Shown here piece after piece: positions 11,681 through 24,305 of a stretch of 64,000 nt of DNA. The notes beneath the pieces are model-generated. The model ran no database searches. It had not been told where the DNA came from and saw only the letters and a program-made list of their open reading frames with translations. Position 1 is the stretch's first letter. Each line of letters begins with the position of its first letter. The stretch comes from Podarcis bocagei (taxonomy: Eukaryota), in NCBI GenBank assembly GCA_964188305.1, contig OZ076892.1, one strand, 5' to 3'. Made by a program: the position numbers and the translations under genes.

Positions 11681-11903
11681 CAGTGGTACCTCGGGTTAAG
11701 TACTTAATTCGTTCCGGAGGTCCGTTCTTAACCTGAAACTGTTCTTAACCTGAAGCACCACTTTAGCTAATGGGGCCTCCCGCTGCCGCTGCGCCGCCGG
11801 AACACGATTTCTGTTCTTAACCTGAAGCACTACTTCTGGGTTAGTGGAATCTGTAACCTGAAGCATATGTAACCTGAAGCGTATGTAACCTGAGGTACCA
11901 TTG
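11681..11903 (+). mobile_element. TcMar (Tigger/pogo-like) MITE
   Basis: CAGTGGTACCTCGGGTTA...TAACCTGAGGTACCATTG, TA TSD. Confidence 0.9.
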
Positions 11904-13194
11904 TACATTGCAAAAAAAGGGGGGAAAACATGTTATTGTAGTTAACCAGTCCCTGGGCTAATACGATATTTTAAAAAATGAACTCTATCATTTCGTGATT
12001 CCAGTGTGTCTGTTCTGAGCAGGACTAACATGAGGTGCAACCTATTGGGGGGCGGGGCAGAAAAATGGAAAGGAACATTTTGGGCCCAGAACCAGTGCAA
12101 ACAGCTAATAGGATTTGCCGGTTGCCAGTTCTAGATGCCTGTTGTTATTTCTTGAAGGAAGGCATCTCCCTCCTTCCCTCTCCCAGATCTCCTTTCAGTG
12201 TTCCTGGCTCAGCAGGGGACTGTCGCCAAATTGCTCTCCCCTGCCTCTCTTGCTGCAAGGAAAGAAATAAAAGAGGCGATGAGGCGGCGAAAGCAGAGCT
12301 CTAAAGCCGGTCTGTTCCTACTCGGCGATTTCCAGAGGATGCAACTGTCAGGCTATTGATGTTTGTGGGGGAGACGGGCCGAACAGCAAGGGTCCTCTGA
12401 TAGCGTGGTGTAGACAATCCTCTGCCGCAGCAGCAGATCAGAACAGCTGCCAAATAATAGCAGTCGGATCAGTCTGCGGGAGAGGGGAGGCAACAACCCT
12501 CCTGGCTTTGTGTATTTCAGGCTGTGGCCTTCTATAAGCTCCCTGGCGTTCCAGCGTGACACATTTTCCTAGTCTGATTGTGAAGGTGGCTTTGGTAAAC
12601 CTGAGGCCTGCTGGGTTAGCTAGCAAGTTAATATCTTCTCTGGTGGGTATGAAACACTTGCCTTTATTTCCCAGATGTTGCCACCTCTCTCCAATGCTGG
12701 TGCAGCACGTCTCAAGCCAGGGAGGGAGAACCTTTTTCTCAGCCTTGGGGCCACATTCCCTTCTGGGGGCCGCTTGCAAGTGATGGGGAGGGCCAAAGGC
12801 AAAAGTGGGTGGGAGGATTGCTATAGATTTTACCTATGTACAGTAGGCTGGTTTCTACACCCCCTCTCTATCATCCAGCTGGGGTGGGGAATGCAATATC
12901 AGAGTGCAAGGATACCTTCCAGCCAGGCAACAGCATACTTTAAAGTGTCACCATGTCAGTTCCTTGTGGACAGTGTGGATCTGAGCTTGGCCATCTGTTG
13001 GGAATTCTTTAATTGTGATTCCTTTTTCACAGGGGGTTGGGCTAAATGACCCTTGTGGGACCCTTTCAAAACTCTACAATTCTATTATCCTTTATGTTTA
13101 CCACCCCAGGGAAGCGTCTGTTGATTTGTGCTTTTGGGGGCATATGTCAGCACTCACCCTGCTCTTTTTTGTGGGATGTTTTATTGGTTTTATA

Positions 13195-13534
13195 GGGACG
13201 CGGGTAGCACCTAGGACTTGCCGATCGTATGGTCGGTGGTTCAAATCCCCGCGGCGGGGTGAGCTCCCGTCGTTCGGACCCAGCTCCTGCCCATCTACCA
13301 GTTCAAAAGCACTCTTAAGTGCAAGTAGATAAATAGGTACCGCTTTATAGTGGGAAGGTAAACGGTGTTTCCGTGTGCTGCGCTGGTGCAGGCTCGGCAG
13401 AGCAGCTTTGTCACGCTGGCCACATGACCCGGAAGTGTCTCCGGACAGCACTGGCCCCCGGCCTCTTAAGCGAGATGGGCGTGCAACCCCAGAGTCGGAC
13501 ACGACTGGCCCGTACGGGCAGGGGTACCTTTACC
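13195..13534 (+). mobile_element. Sauria SINE with a short deletion in the tRNA head
   Basis: GGGACGCGGG head, GGTTCAAATCCC B box, ACCTTTACC tail; 15-bp TSD TTTATTGGTTTTATA (13180-13194 / 13535-13549). Confidence 0.93.
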
Positions 13535-13746
13535 TTTATTGGTTTTATATTAAAATGACATTGATCAACTTCAACAAAACCTTTAGGGTGTTATATGCAT
13601 GCCCCAGTCACATATAAGAAGGAAAACAGAGCAAGGATGCTGTTGTTGCTTCTGTTTACTTAGCTGATGCATGGGAACCAGAATCTTGTCAAAATGATCA
13701 TGTTCAATCTGATCTTTTAACAGCCTATTAGCAAGAGCCATATATA

Positions 13747-14094
13747 GGGACGCTGGTGGCACTGTGGGTTAAACCACTGCGCCTTGGGCTTGCCGATCAG
13801 AAGGTCGGCATTTTGAATCCCCGCGACGGGGTGAGCTCCCATTTCTCAGTCCCTGCTCCTGCCAACCTAGCAGTTTGAAAGCATGTCAAAATGCAAGTAG
13901 ATAAATAGGTACCACTCAGGCGGGAAGGTAAACGGCATTTCCGTGCATTGCTCTGGTTCGCTAGAAGTGGCTTAGTCATGCTGGCCACATGACCTGGAAG
14001 CTGTATGCCGGCTCCCTTGGCCAATAAAGTGAGATGAGCGGCGCAACCCCAGAGTCGGTCACAACTGGACCTAATGGTCAGGGGTCCCTTTCCC
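13747..14094 (+). mobile_element. Sauria SINE, full length
   Basis: GGGACGCTGGTGGCACTGTGGGTTAAACC head to GGGGTCCCTTTCCC tail; TSD TTAGCAAGAGCCA on both sides. Confidence 0.93.
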
Positions 14095-14454
14095 TTAGCA
14101 AGAGCCACATCCCAAACTTCCCCTTGCCATCCCATCAGAGGCGGACTTTGGAAGGTCTTTCCATAAGAAGATAAGAAGAGCCAGTGGCCCATCTAGTCCA
14201 ACAACTTGTTATCACAGTGGCCAACCAGATGCCCATTATGGGAAACCTGCAAGGAGGGCCCAAGCCCAAGGACAACAATCTCCCCTTCTGTGGTTTCCAG
14301 CAACTGGTATTCAGTGGGAGATTATCTCAAAATGGGTAGTGGTAGGCAGCACTGTAGTTAGCTCTTTATACTTAAAGGGAGGGTCTAGATCAGAAACTAA
14401 TTACAGAAGGCACAGAGACGGGTTTGGGTTCAATGATTGACTATCATCATCATC

Positions 14455-14750
14455 TCATAAAATTCATACACTGATCAACTGTAAAAATCTCCAAAGTGGT
14501 TTACAAAAAAGATAATACAAAACAATTACAAATAAGAAAAAATTACGGAAATACTTTCAAAAAGTTAAAGTAGACTAAAAGCAGGTGTGCATCAACTTTC
14601 TGAACATCTGGGTAGGTGCACCTAAACAAACATGTTTTTAGCAGGTGCCAAAAACAGCACAGTCAAGGAGCCTGCCTGATATCAATCAACTGGGAGTTCC
14701 AAAGTGTAGCTGCTGCCACAGTAAAAGACTGAGTTCTTACAAATGTGGAG
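14455..14750 (-). mobile_element. L2-clade LINE 3' fragment
   Basis: CTCCAAAGTGGTTTAC 3'UTR plus GGGAGTTCCAAAGTGTAGCTGCTGCCACAG (reverse reads FTVAAATLWNS, L2 ORF2 C-terminal motif). Confidence 0.65.
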
Positions 14751-17514
14751 CAGAATGCCTTTTAGAAACTACATCAGAAATGCTTTGTCAGGTCCCAGTA
14801 AGCTGACGGTCCTCTTAATACCCATCCCTAACCTGAGGCCAGGTGGCTACTGGCCCTGCATGCTCCCTCTCCTCACCTTGACTCCCCTCACCTGAGAATA
14901 AAGTGAAGGCCAGCTCTCTCCCTCTCTCCCCACTTTCAGCGGCACTGGAGATGAAGCTATTTCACCGTCTGTTAACTCCCCACATTCAAACCTATCAACT
15001 GCGGGCCAGTGAGCCTTGCAGATTAAATGGAAGGGAGGAGGAGGAGGGAGAAAGGAAAATGATGGGAAAGGAAAATAGAAGAGTTCCTTAATGACTTTTC
15101 TTTAATAATTTTTTCCCTAGCAAAATTTATATGAGATGCTTCTGATGCTGTCGTCGTAAACAGGTTGGCAGCCTTGCACATCGACCCACAAAATTTAATT
15201 GCCTACAAGGGTTTCTGCTAACCCATTGACCCACTTATCCCTGTGGGAGGCTCTTTGGTGACATATCAGGTACCCCACATTCATTCTGATGTCTCTCGGC
15301 CAGGATTTGTGTGGTCTGTTCAGTTGAATTGCCTTTGCTTTTCTTTTTTTGATGCCACTATGTGGAACAAGCTAAGCTGGGCTTATGGCAAGTGGCCTAC
15401 CCAAGACTCTGTTTTGAGGGAGTTTCATGGTTAAAGAGAGATCTGAACCTATATCTCCCCAGCTGCACACCAAAACTTGACCCACTGAATCATAGCGATT
15501 CTGTCACATTTTTGTGCATCACCTGGTCACATTTTTGTGCATTACCTGGTCCCCATCCATTACATTTCACCAAGCGTTCAGAAGCTTTGTCTATATAGTA
15601 AGAAAATTAGGAGAGCCCTGGTGTATCAGGCACCCCCATTTTGGAGGTGACAGGCACATCTGCCAACATTTGATGATAATTTGGCCTTGTCTCCTGATCC
15701 CACTAAAGCCACACACCCTTTTCCACTGCTCCCAGTGTGACCGCCTCTGCTTCTGTATATACTTGATCCTATGCTCAGACCCAACTTTTGCATTCACATC
15801 TGCATTCCTATGGATGCCTGTGTTCAGATTTAAGGCAGATTGCAGGATCCCCAGTAAGGCCTGCCCCCCGCTGTCCTCATTTCCATCCTGCTGCTCACCA
15901 TATGCACTCTGTCTTCTTGATTACATCATCTCCTCCCTGACCCAGCCAAACAGAATTTTTCAGCTGAGTTTATTGTTCCTGTTTTGTTTTTGTTTTTTAG
16001 TTCACCCAATTTATCCTGCACCCTCCCCAAACCACAGCATCTGAATGTGTATAAGATGCATAAACAAGTGGGAACCTTCCACACAGTTTTGCAGTTTACA
16101 AGGATTCTCTGCAGGGATCCAGCCAGCCATGCCCTCTGTCATTCCACATTTAGTCAGCATTCCATCCCCAATGAGCATGCTCAGTCTTCATTGGGTTGCT
16201 TGGTGGAAGGTTAACCCCTTTCAGTTACCCACCTCTAAACATACTGTATTTTTAGTTTCGCAAACCTTCGGCATTCAGCATGCTTCTTTAGGGTAGATAA
16301 GGATAAGCTGTTGGGAACCGAGTTTGCTGTTTAATAGAAGCAAAGAGTGATAGCACTGTAGAGTCAGAAGGGACCACAGGGGTCATCTAGTTCAACCCCC
16401 TGCAATGTAGGAATCACAGCTCAAAAATCCCTGACAGATGGTCAATCTGATCTCTGTTGAAAAACTTCAATTACAGAGTCTACCACCTTCCAAGGGAGTC
16501 TGTTCCGCCATCAGACCATCAGAAAGTTTACCTGGAATCCCCCTTCTTGTCATTTGAACCCATTGACTTGGGATGTGGGATGTGGACACACATCATCCCC
16601 TTGAAATGATCCAGCCGAGGTAGCCTTCATCTTTGCCCCCCACAGAATTTGGAATCAGAAAGACAGATTGCAGCTTGGGCTTCCACGAACCTTTTCTCGG
16701 CGGGGGCTGTGTACTTGCAAGGCCAACCACATGGTGGAATTTAGCTCCCTGCCTGTGGGTGTGAGCCAGATCCACCTTGACGCACATAGATCTGCCTAGA
16801 CTGACTGACAAGCTGCCTGCTTCCTCGCTGTGTGTTTGGCTGCGAAGCCGGCGCCTGGACTGACTGAAATGAAATGGAACACTTCCCAGTCTTTCTGGGT
16901 TCGTGGGCTTTTGCAGTATTTGAAGTGCGTTGCTGAGTGAATTAAAATCCAGGCATGTCACCAGAATGGCAGCCTTTCTGGAAGGAAGGCAGGGGGGAAG
17001 AAAGCTGTTCTCCCTGGCTCAGCCAAGGCAGTATCCAGCCTCTTTGACCCTCTGCCCTGGGTCTGCAAAGCATAAATCTCAGCAACTAGAGAAACCTTGA
17101 GAGCACAAGATCCAGGGGACACTGTGCTGCTCTCCCCTGCTTTCTTTAAAACCTTGTGGTTTTGGCAGCCTTCCTTCAGGATGTTGAGGTCCAGAAACTC
17201 TCATGGCTGGAGTGCTGGGGTCAGCACCAGGGAACAGCAGACTCTTCAGTCTACTATGCCTGGGTGCCCAGCTAAGGCACAGCAAAATTGCACTGTTAGA
17301 ACTGTGTGTCTGGCTGTTTTAATAAGGACAGCGTCAATCAATGTCTTGCACAGACAAAGCGTTTATTGAGAACATTAAAAAAATAAATAAAAAATGTTCA
17401 GCTGAAGCCAGAGAGGGCATCTTTTGCCCCTCCACAAATCCTTTCACAGAGGCACACAGTGGAAGGGTGTGGAACAGTTTGCAATGGTGGTGTAAGAAAT
17501 AGTTTGCATGTAGA

Positions 17515-18062
17515 AGTAAGGAAGTAAGAGGAGCCTGCTGGATCAGGCCAATGACCCACCTAGTCCAGCATCCTGTTCTCACAGTGGCCAACTGCAAGCA
17601 GAATTTGAACACAAGAAGAATCTCTCCCCACTGAGGTCTCCAACTGGTATTCACAAGCATTGTTGCCTCCACGGAGGTAGAACATAGTCATCATGGCTGG
17701 TAGCCATTGACAGTCTTATACTCCATGAATTTCTCCAATCTCTTTCAAAGCCATCCAAGTTGGAGGCTATTACTGCCTCCTGTGGCAGTGAGTTCCACTG
17801 TTTAACTATGCATTGCATGAAGAAGGACTTTGTTTTATCCATCCTGAATCTTCCAACATTCAGCTTCATTGGATGTCCCCTTGGTCTACTGTTAGGAGAG
17901 AGGGAGAAAAGCTTTTTTCTATCCACTTTCTCTATGCCAGGTGTCATTTTATAAACTCCTGTCCTATTGCCTCTTACTTGCCTTTTCTCTAAAGTCTCCA
18001 CTTTTCTTCATAGGGGAGTTGCTCCATCTCCTTGATAATTTTGTTGGCCCTTTTTGGAACCT
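17515..18062 (-). mobile_element. CR1 family B 3' fragment
   Basis: ORF 17651..18001 reads LEKRQVRG..VYK..GIEKVDR..RGHPMKLNVGRFR..FFMQCIVKQWNSLPQEAV (CR1 ORF2 C-terminus), followed by the family B 3'UTR. Confidence 0.88.
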
Positions 18063-19427
18063 TCATGAACCACCCCAAACATCTCCAGGTAGGACTAGGA
18101 AGCCCTCCTCTCTGACTCTCAGGGGCATGCTGCTAGATAGTGTTGGCCAGGAGTAGCTGATGTGTTCCCTTCCAGATGTTACTGGGGCACAACTCCTACT
18201 GGCCCCAACCAGCATGGCCAATGGTCAAATGAGAGCTGTAGTTCAATGGTCAACGATGAGAGCTGTAGTTCAACTACATCTGGATGGCAACGCTTTGCCA
18301 GCGACAAGCAGCCATGATGTCATCATGCCAAATGAAGCATGGCAACATCAGCAGCCAAAATCTCACCATTCACCACAGCCAATAGCATGAAGGGCAGAGA
18401 AGGACTATGAAGGCAAGGACAATGAAGACACAGGAGGAAGGAAAATGAGCCTAAATGTTGGCAAGAAGCAAAATACCGTCCATGAGCTGCTAACTATTTC
18501 TGTTTGGGGGAGAGGGGGCGAATCTCTGCAGGTTTTCTTTGATGTAGACAAATCTGAGCACAAAATGAAATAAATTGTTTTGGTTCAGGCAAACTTTTTG
18601 ATGACTCTCTAAAGCCACTCTTGAAGAGAGAAAAAAATGACTTAATGGCAGGGAGATCCATTTCTGACACAACAGCTCCACTCAAAGCATCCTTGAGCTG
18701 GGATCAGAAAGACGAAACAGAGAGAAGAGTTGAGTCTTTTAAAAATGGGTGATGGGGATGCCTCTCTCTGTGTGCTCTCCTTTTTTTCGGGGAGGGTGTC
18801 CTCCCTCTTCTAAAAGGAGGGACCATGTTCATTTTCAAACCAGAAAAATGCAAAGCACTCTAAGTAAAGCTAACCTCACAATAAGCCCGCCTGAATCCTG
18901 CTGATTACAGCAATTGCCAGAAAGCTCTTTTGCCCGAATAAGTTTGCCTGATTGCCCGTCCTAATTTGTTACATGGAAAATACCTATTTTCTTGTTTAGC
19001 AGCCAAGGGTGAAAATCTTTTTTTTCTCTCTCTCTCTCCATCGTACAAGATGCTAAAAATGCTTATACACAGAAGAGAGGAGGGCTGAGTTCTTTTAGCA
19101 TGGCTTAACTTTTTTTTTTAAAAAATATATATTTCTTTTTCTTTCCTTCTAAATAAATATTCCTTTATATTCAAGTAGGCTGTTCTTCTAAAAATGCGTA
19201 ATGTTAAGTAGGGGGAGAATATTAAGTCTGTGGCTAGATGGCAAGCTGGGGTCGTAATATAAACTGAAGTGGAAATGGGGCAAACTGAAAGACTAGAGGG
19301 TGGAAATGAGGGGGGGAAATTGACATATTTGTCATAGTATTCATCTGGAATTCATCATGTAATACAGTTCAGCTTCAATTTTTCCTTTTAAAGTTTCTAG
19401 TCCTTATGACTTGATTGCAGCAATTAT

Positions 19428-19444
19428 TGCCCCCTACTGGGGAC
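19428..19444 (-). promoter_or_regulatory. Candidate CTCF core motif
   Basis: Minus strand GTCCCCAGTAGGGGGCA matches the CCASYAGRKGGCR core. Motif match only. Confidence 0.45.
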
Positions 19445-19884
19445 TTGGAATGGATGGGTTATAGCAGGCAGAACTCACGATGATGGTAGACTTGCCTTTT
19501 TTGGCCTCACCTCGTTCCCTAGGTTCGTGTAAGGATGAAATGAAGCAAGGGAGATTAATGCTCACTTAACAGAAGAAAGCATCAGCAATAAAGAAAGAAA
19601 AGCATTTGGCTGATGAGGATTTTTAAAAATTGCTGTTCCTGTTCATTGCTTTATGTGTCTTGCGCCTTTCAAACTGCTGACTGTATATTGTGGGTGGTGG
19701 ACCTACACCCTCCAGATGTTGCTGGACTGCAACTCCCAGCATCCCTAGCTGGAAAACTGAGTCCACTCTTTGTATATATGAGACCCTGGGGACATGGTGG
19801 ATAGCTCCGTGGAGATGCGAACCCAGTGTGCGGCAACTGTGCAAAGGGCAAATTCCATGCTAGGGACCATTAGGAAAGGAATTG

Positions 19885-20490
19885 AAAATAAGTCTGCCAG
19901 TATCATAGTAGCATTATACAATTCTGTGTTGCAGCCACATTTGGAATACAGTGGTACCTCGGGTTAAGTACTTAATTCGTTCCGGAGGTCTGTTCTTAAC
20001 TTGAAACTGTTCTTAACCTGAAGCACCACTTTAGCTAATGGGGCCTCCCGCTGCTGCCATGCCACCGGAGCACGATTTCTGTTCTTATCCTGAAGCAAGG
20101 TTCTTAACCTGAAGCACTATTTCTGGGTTAGCAGAGTCTGTAACCTGAAGCGTATGTAACCTGAAGTGTATGTAACCTGAGGTACCACTGTACTGTGTGC
20201 AGTTCTTGTTGTCTTGCTTCAAAAAAAGGATGTTGTAGAGTTGGAAAAGGTTCAGAAAAGGTATAACCCAAAATGATCAAGGGGATTGAAAAAATCCCCT
20301 ATGGGGAAAACTTTCAGGACTTTACAAAAAAAAAGGCAAGGAAGAGGTGACATGACAGAGGTTTGTAAAACGATGCCTGGGAGGGAGAAAGTGGACTTTG
20401 AAAAGCTTTTTTTCTCTCTCTTATCACGCTAGAACTAAGGGTGATACAATGAAGCTGAATGTTTGGAGATTAAGGACAGGTAAAAGAAAG
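19885..20490 (+). mobile_element. CR1 family B ORF2 fragment interrupted by a MITE
   Basis: CAGCCACATTTGGAATA|CTGTGTGCAGTTC (QPHLEYCVQF) split at TA by the 19949 MITE; continues to ATGAAGCTGAATGTTTGGAGATT. Confidence 0.8.
19949..20190 (+). mobile_element. TcMar (Tigger/pogo-like) MITE
   Basis: TIRs CAGTGGTACCTC/GAGGTACCACTG; TA duplication is confirmed by the interrupted CR1 frame. Confidence 0.93.
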
Positions 20491-20494
20491 TATA

Positions 20495-20940
20495 AAATCA
20501 TAGAACTGTAGATCTGGAATCTCTAGTCATCTAGTTCAACCTCCTGCAATGCAGAAATCTCACTAAAGCCTCCATGACAGATGGCCATTCAACTTCTGCT
20601 TAAAAATCCAATGAAGGAGAATCCACCACCTACAGAGGAGAACATTCCACTGCTGAACAGTTCTTAACATCAGAAGGTTCCTCCTGATGTTTAGTGTTTC
20701 TTGTAACTTAAAACCACTGGTTTGGGCCCTACCATCCATAGCAGGAGACACGTGACAGCCATTCAGGTATTTGAAGATGGCTATCATATATGCTCTTAGT
20801 CTCCTCTTTTCTAGGCTAAACATACCCAACCATTCCTCATGGTTGGTTTCCAGAACCTTGACCATCTTGGTCACCCTCCTCTGTACATGTTCCAGCTTGC
20901 CAACATCCTTCTTAAATTATGGCACCCAGAATTGGACACA
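20495..20940 (-). mobile_element. CR1 family A 3' fragment
   Basis: ORF 20563..20874 reads TKMVKVLE..LGMFSLEKRRLR..MIAIFKYLNGCH..LNIRRN. Confidence 0.88.
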
Positions 20941-21403
20941 GGATGCTGGACTAGATGGGCCATTGGCCTGACCCATCATGCTTTTCTTAGGTTCTTCTGG
21001 ATGGGCCTTGCAAAGGTTTACTTGGAACTCTCACAAATGGGTAGATCCTTTCCAGTTTGAGGAGAAGCACACCCTTCCATCCTTACTCCAGACTATCACC
21101 CATGATAAGGTATGGCCAGTGGCCAGCTTATCCTTTCCGGGTTGCCCAAAGCAATTCTACTGACATGAAATAGAAATGAGTTTCCTCCTTCAAGACACCG
21201 TATCAAGGTTGCTCACTCATCTCCATTAACATCACAGTTCATGATCCCCTTGTCAGGCAGGGGAGAATGAATCTCAAGGATGGACCTAGCCAAGCAAATT
21301 GCCCAAAGCGTCCGTATTTCCTGGTAAGGTAGAATTTGGGTTGGGAAGCATTGAAGCCCCCGCAGTTATCTGTTGCAGAGGATCTCATGTGACACACAAA
21401 CCC

Positions 21404-21428
21404 GTGTGTGTGTGTGTGTGTGTGTGTG
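21404..21428. repeat. (GT)n microsatellite
   Basis: Perfect GT run. Confidence 0.97.
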
Positions 21429-23549
21429 AACACACGAGGGAGAGAAAGATGGTGTGTGTTGACAGGATGTCTTCCTGAATAAAATAGCTATGTGTGGGAG
21501 TTTTCTGGTTGTCTAGGCAACACACCACTAAACTATTTGGAGACAGCGATAGGAAATCTTTAGTTCCCAATGAGCTGATTTCTCCAGCCACCTCAAGGAA
21601 AGGATGTCCTTTCCCCTTGACTGAGATGGCCACAGATGTCCAAAGGGCCCTCACGTATAGAGAGTGAGCCTTAGTTCATGCACTTAAGAAGGAAGCATCA
21701 GAGCAAGGCAGAGGCTTCCGGAATTTTCCTCACTCAAATTTCTTCTTGGAATTTGTTTTTGAAAACGGGTGCATTTGGCACTTTTTGATGCCCTCAAAGA
21801 AACATAGAATCGTAGAATTGTAGGCTTGGAAGGAAACCGAAAGGATCATCTAGTCCAGCCCTCTGCAATGCAGGAATTACAACTGAGAGTAGCCATCCAA
21901 ACTCTCCTTACAAACTTCCAGTGAATGAGAGTCCGCCACCTTCTGAAGTATTCCATTCCACTGTCAAACAGCTTTTACCCTCTGAAAGTTCTTCCCGATA
22001 TTTAGTCAGAATCTCCTTTCTTGCCATTTGAATCCATTGATTTGGATCTCTGTTGTTTAAATGTCTGGATTTTGTATAGAACATTGTGGGTGGATGGCTT
22101 GCACATTTCCGTCATTCTCCAGGTCTGGCATCAAGGGTTCAACATTGATGGGCACTGGCCATTGCACCCACCATTAACGAGATCACTACCAACTCCTCCT
22201 CTCCTCTGGCCCCACTGCTGGACCCCTTGCTGCCTCTGTTGTATATGCAAATGAGCTGGGGCTGGAGTAAGGAAGCAGATCAGCTCCTTCCTTGCCTCTG
22301 AGCAAGCAGGCAAGGCCTATGCAGGAAAGAGTGAGTGAAGGGTCAGGAATGAGGAAGAGGTGAGCCCACAGGAGGGCACTCTTTAGGGCAATTTGCCCTC
22401 TCCCTTACAAAAAACCACTCCTACAGCCTTTACCTTCTACACTATCAGTTGTGTCAATGAATTGCTCTTGCATTGCGATTCGACTGCATGCATAGCTACA
22501 TCAAGATTCCTTGTCTGTGGTGCTTTGCCCATGCACCAGCAAATGCTTCTTGACAAGAATTTTATTGCAGCCGTGCAGTCACATTGATAGGGTTGCATTG
22601 ACTGTTAGTTGTGCTCAGAGTAGACCCATGGAAATGAATGGCCTGCGGCTAGTCATGCCCATTAATTCCAAAGGGTTTACACGGAGAAGGATTAGCACTG
22701 GATATGATCTGCAATGTTTGTATGTGGAATGAAGATGAACATGAATGAACAGAGCTCAATGCTACCTGTTAATTTTGGATGAGTGTTTGCCAACTCCTAT
22801 TAAACATGCATTCAGGGTCATGGGAAAAAGAAATGTATGTAGGCTTCCTTCCTTTTCTCTGTTCTTCTCTCCTCTCTGCCAGACCTCCCCACTCTTTTGA
22901 CAGCCTTGGATCTTGAGTGGACCTGACCTGACCTGACCTGGTGCAAACCAGCTGAATCCTGAGTCAACCCAATTTGGTTCAGGATCTGGGATTCAGCTGG
23001 ATCTGCTGCACAGCCCTAGTGACGACATTGTCTAAGCACCTACTCCTTTGCTCTGGATTGTTGCTCTGTCCTTTCCTCTCCTATTTTTGTCACTCTGAAC
23101 CTGTGTCTGGCCCTACCATTGTCCACACAGACTGACCGCACCCACTACTCTGCCTGTCCTTGGAACTCCAGCACCTGGTGATTGACCTTAGCTGAGGCCT
23201 CTTAATTAGGACCAAACGTTACCTGACATCAAGGGTTGCAGGACTGGATCATCCCTACAGTTTCTAAAGAGAGCTAAAAGCATCTTTTGAGTGGGAACTG
23301 ATTTTGACAAGGGCAGTCACTGCTGCAACCATCAGGGGAGACAGCTGGACCCTCCCACACACACAGTTTCCCCATTCCAAATCGTCTGCGATTTCCCCCC
23401 TCAGATTTGCTCACTATAGCGGAGGCAGGATAAAGTACATGTAGGGGTTGGTGGATGGATCAGGTTATTCTGTTTCCGCGTCAGTTTCACTTGCTTTTAT
23501 TCATATATTCATTCCATCCTCTTTCAGCATCAATTGGTGAATGCCCTTG

Positions 23550-23649
23550 TTTTTAATGTTTGATGTTGTCACTTTTTTATTATTAATATTCTGTTGGGAG
23601 CTGCCAAGAGTGGCTGGGGAAACACAGCCAGATGAGCGGGGTATAAATA

Positions 23650-23695
<46 letters not shown>
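23550..23695 (+). mobile_element. LINE (L2-like) 3' terminus with (TAT)n tail
   Basis: GAGTGGCTGGGGAAACACAGCCAGATGAGCGGGGTATAAAT followed by (ATT)n; reverse copy at ~53969-54120. Confidence 0.7.
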
Positions 23696-23759
23696 CAAGC
23701 AAACCACAGCAAAAAATAACAAATCACTTTTTTGAAAAGGTCACATTTTGCCTTTAAAT

Positions 23760-24305
23760 TAGGGATGGGGAATAAATTTGATTCAGTTCACCTTTAAAGG
23801 TAAACCTACCTAATTTACACTCAACTAACACAGTGCATGAGCTGAAATGCAGACATCCTTCAAAAATTCACACTCCTCTTAATTTTGCAATGTGGTTCTC
23901 CAGCCAAGTAATGGGCACAAAAATGTACATTCTAGGGTAAAATTTGCCTAAAAATGCATCTGTTGTGGAAAATAACATACCAAAGAGCAGCGTAGAAGAA
24001 GTTGCCTTGCAAAAAGATTTTGCATACTGTGTTAGGCAGAATGGCGTACAAGATTGTATATAGGAGGGGAAACCTAGAGTAAACATAGTTATGAATTTCA
24101 TTTACAAGCATGCATTTTAATGCAAAACGTGCATTTTTATAGGCATTTTGGTTGTTTTAGCTCAAACCTGTATTTCAAAATTTGGAGGAGTGCAATAAAT
24201 AGAAGGGATCTCTGCATTCTGATATGTGTATTAGTCCAGGAGGTGTGAATGGGGTTGTTCCATGTAAAACTGTGGACCGAACAAAGTCTTAGAGCCTCCC
24301 CAGCT
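23760..24305 (+). mobile_element. Old non-autonomous DNA transposon (TAGGGATGGG terminus, hAT-like)
   Basis: Starts TAGGGATGGGGAATAAATTTGATTCAGTTCAC; related decayed copies at ~3158-3480, ~44260-44560 and ~47340-47466. Confidence 0.55.

Noticed and set aside
15514-16044. 176-aa ORF and the other short ORFs in the track
   Set aside because: No recognisable domains or coherent splice context; most overlap SINE/LINE relics or microsatellites and recur because the repeats recur.
17219-17240. Second RE1 (GTCAGCACCAGGGAACAG)
   Set aside because: Only the left half-site is good; the right half is interrupted and mis-spaced.
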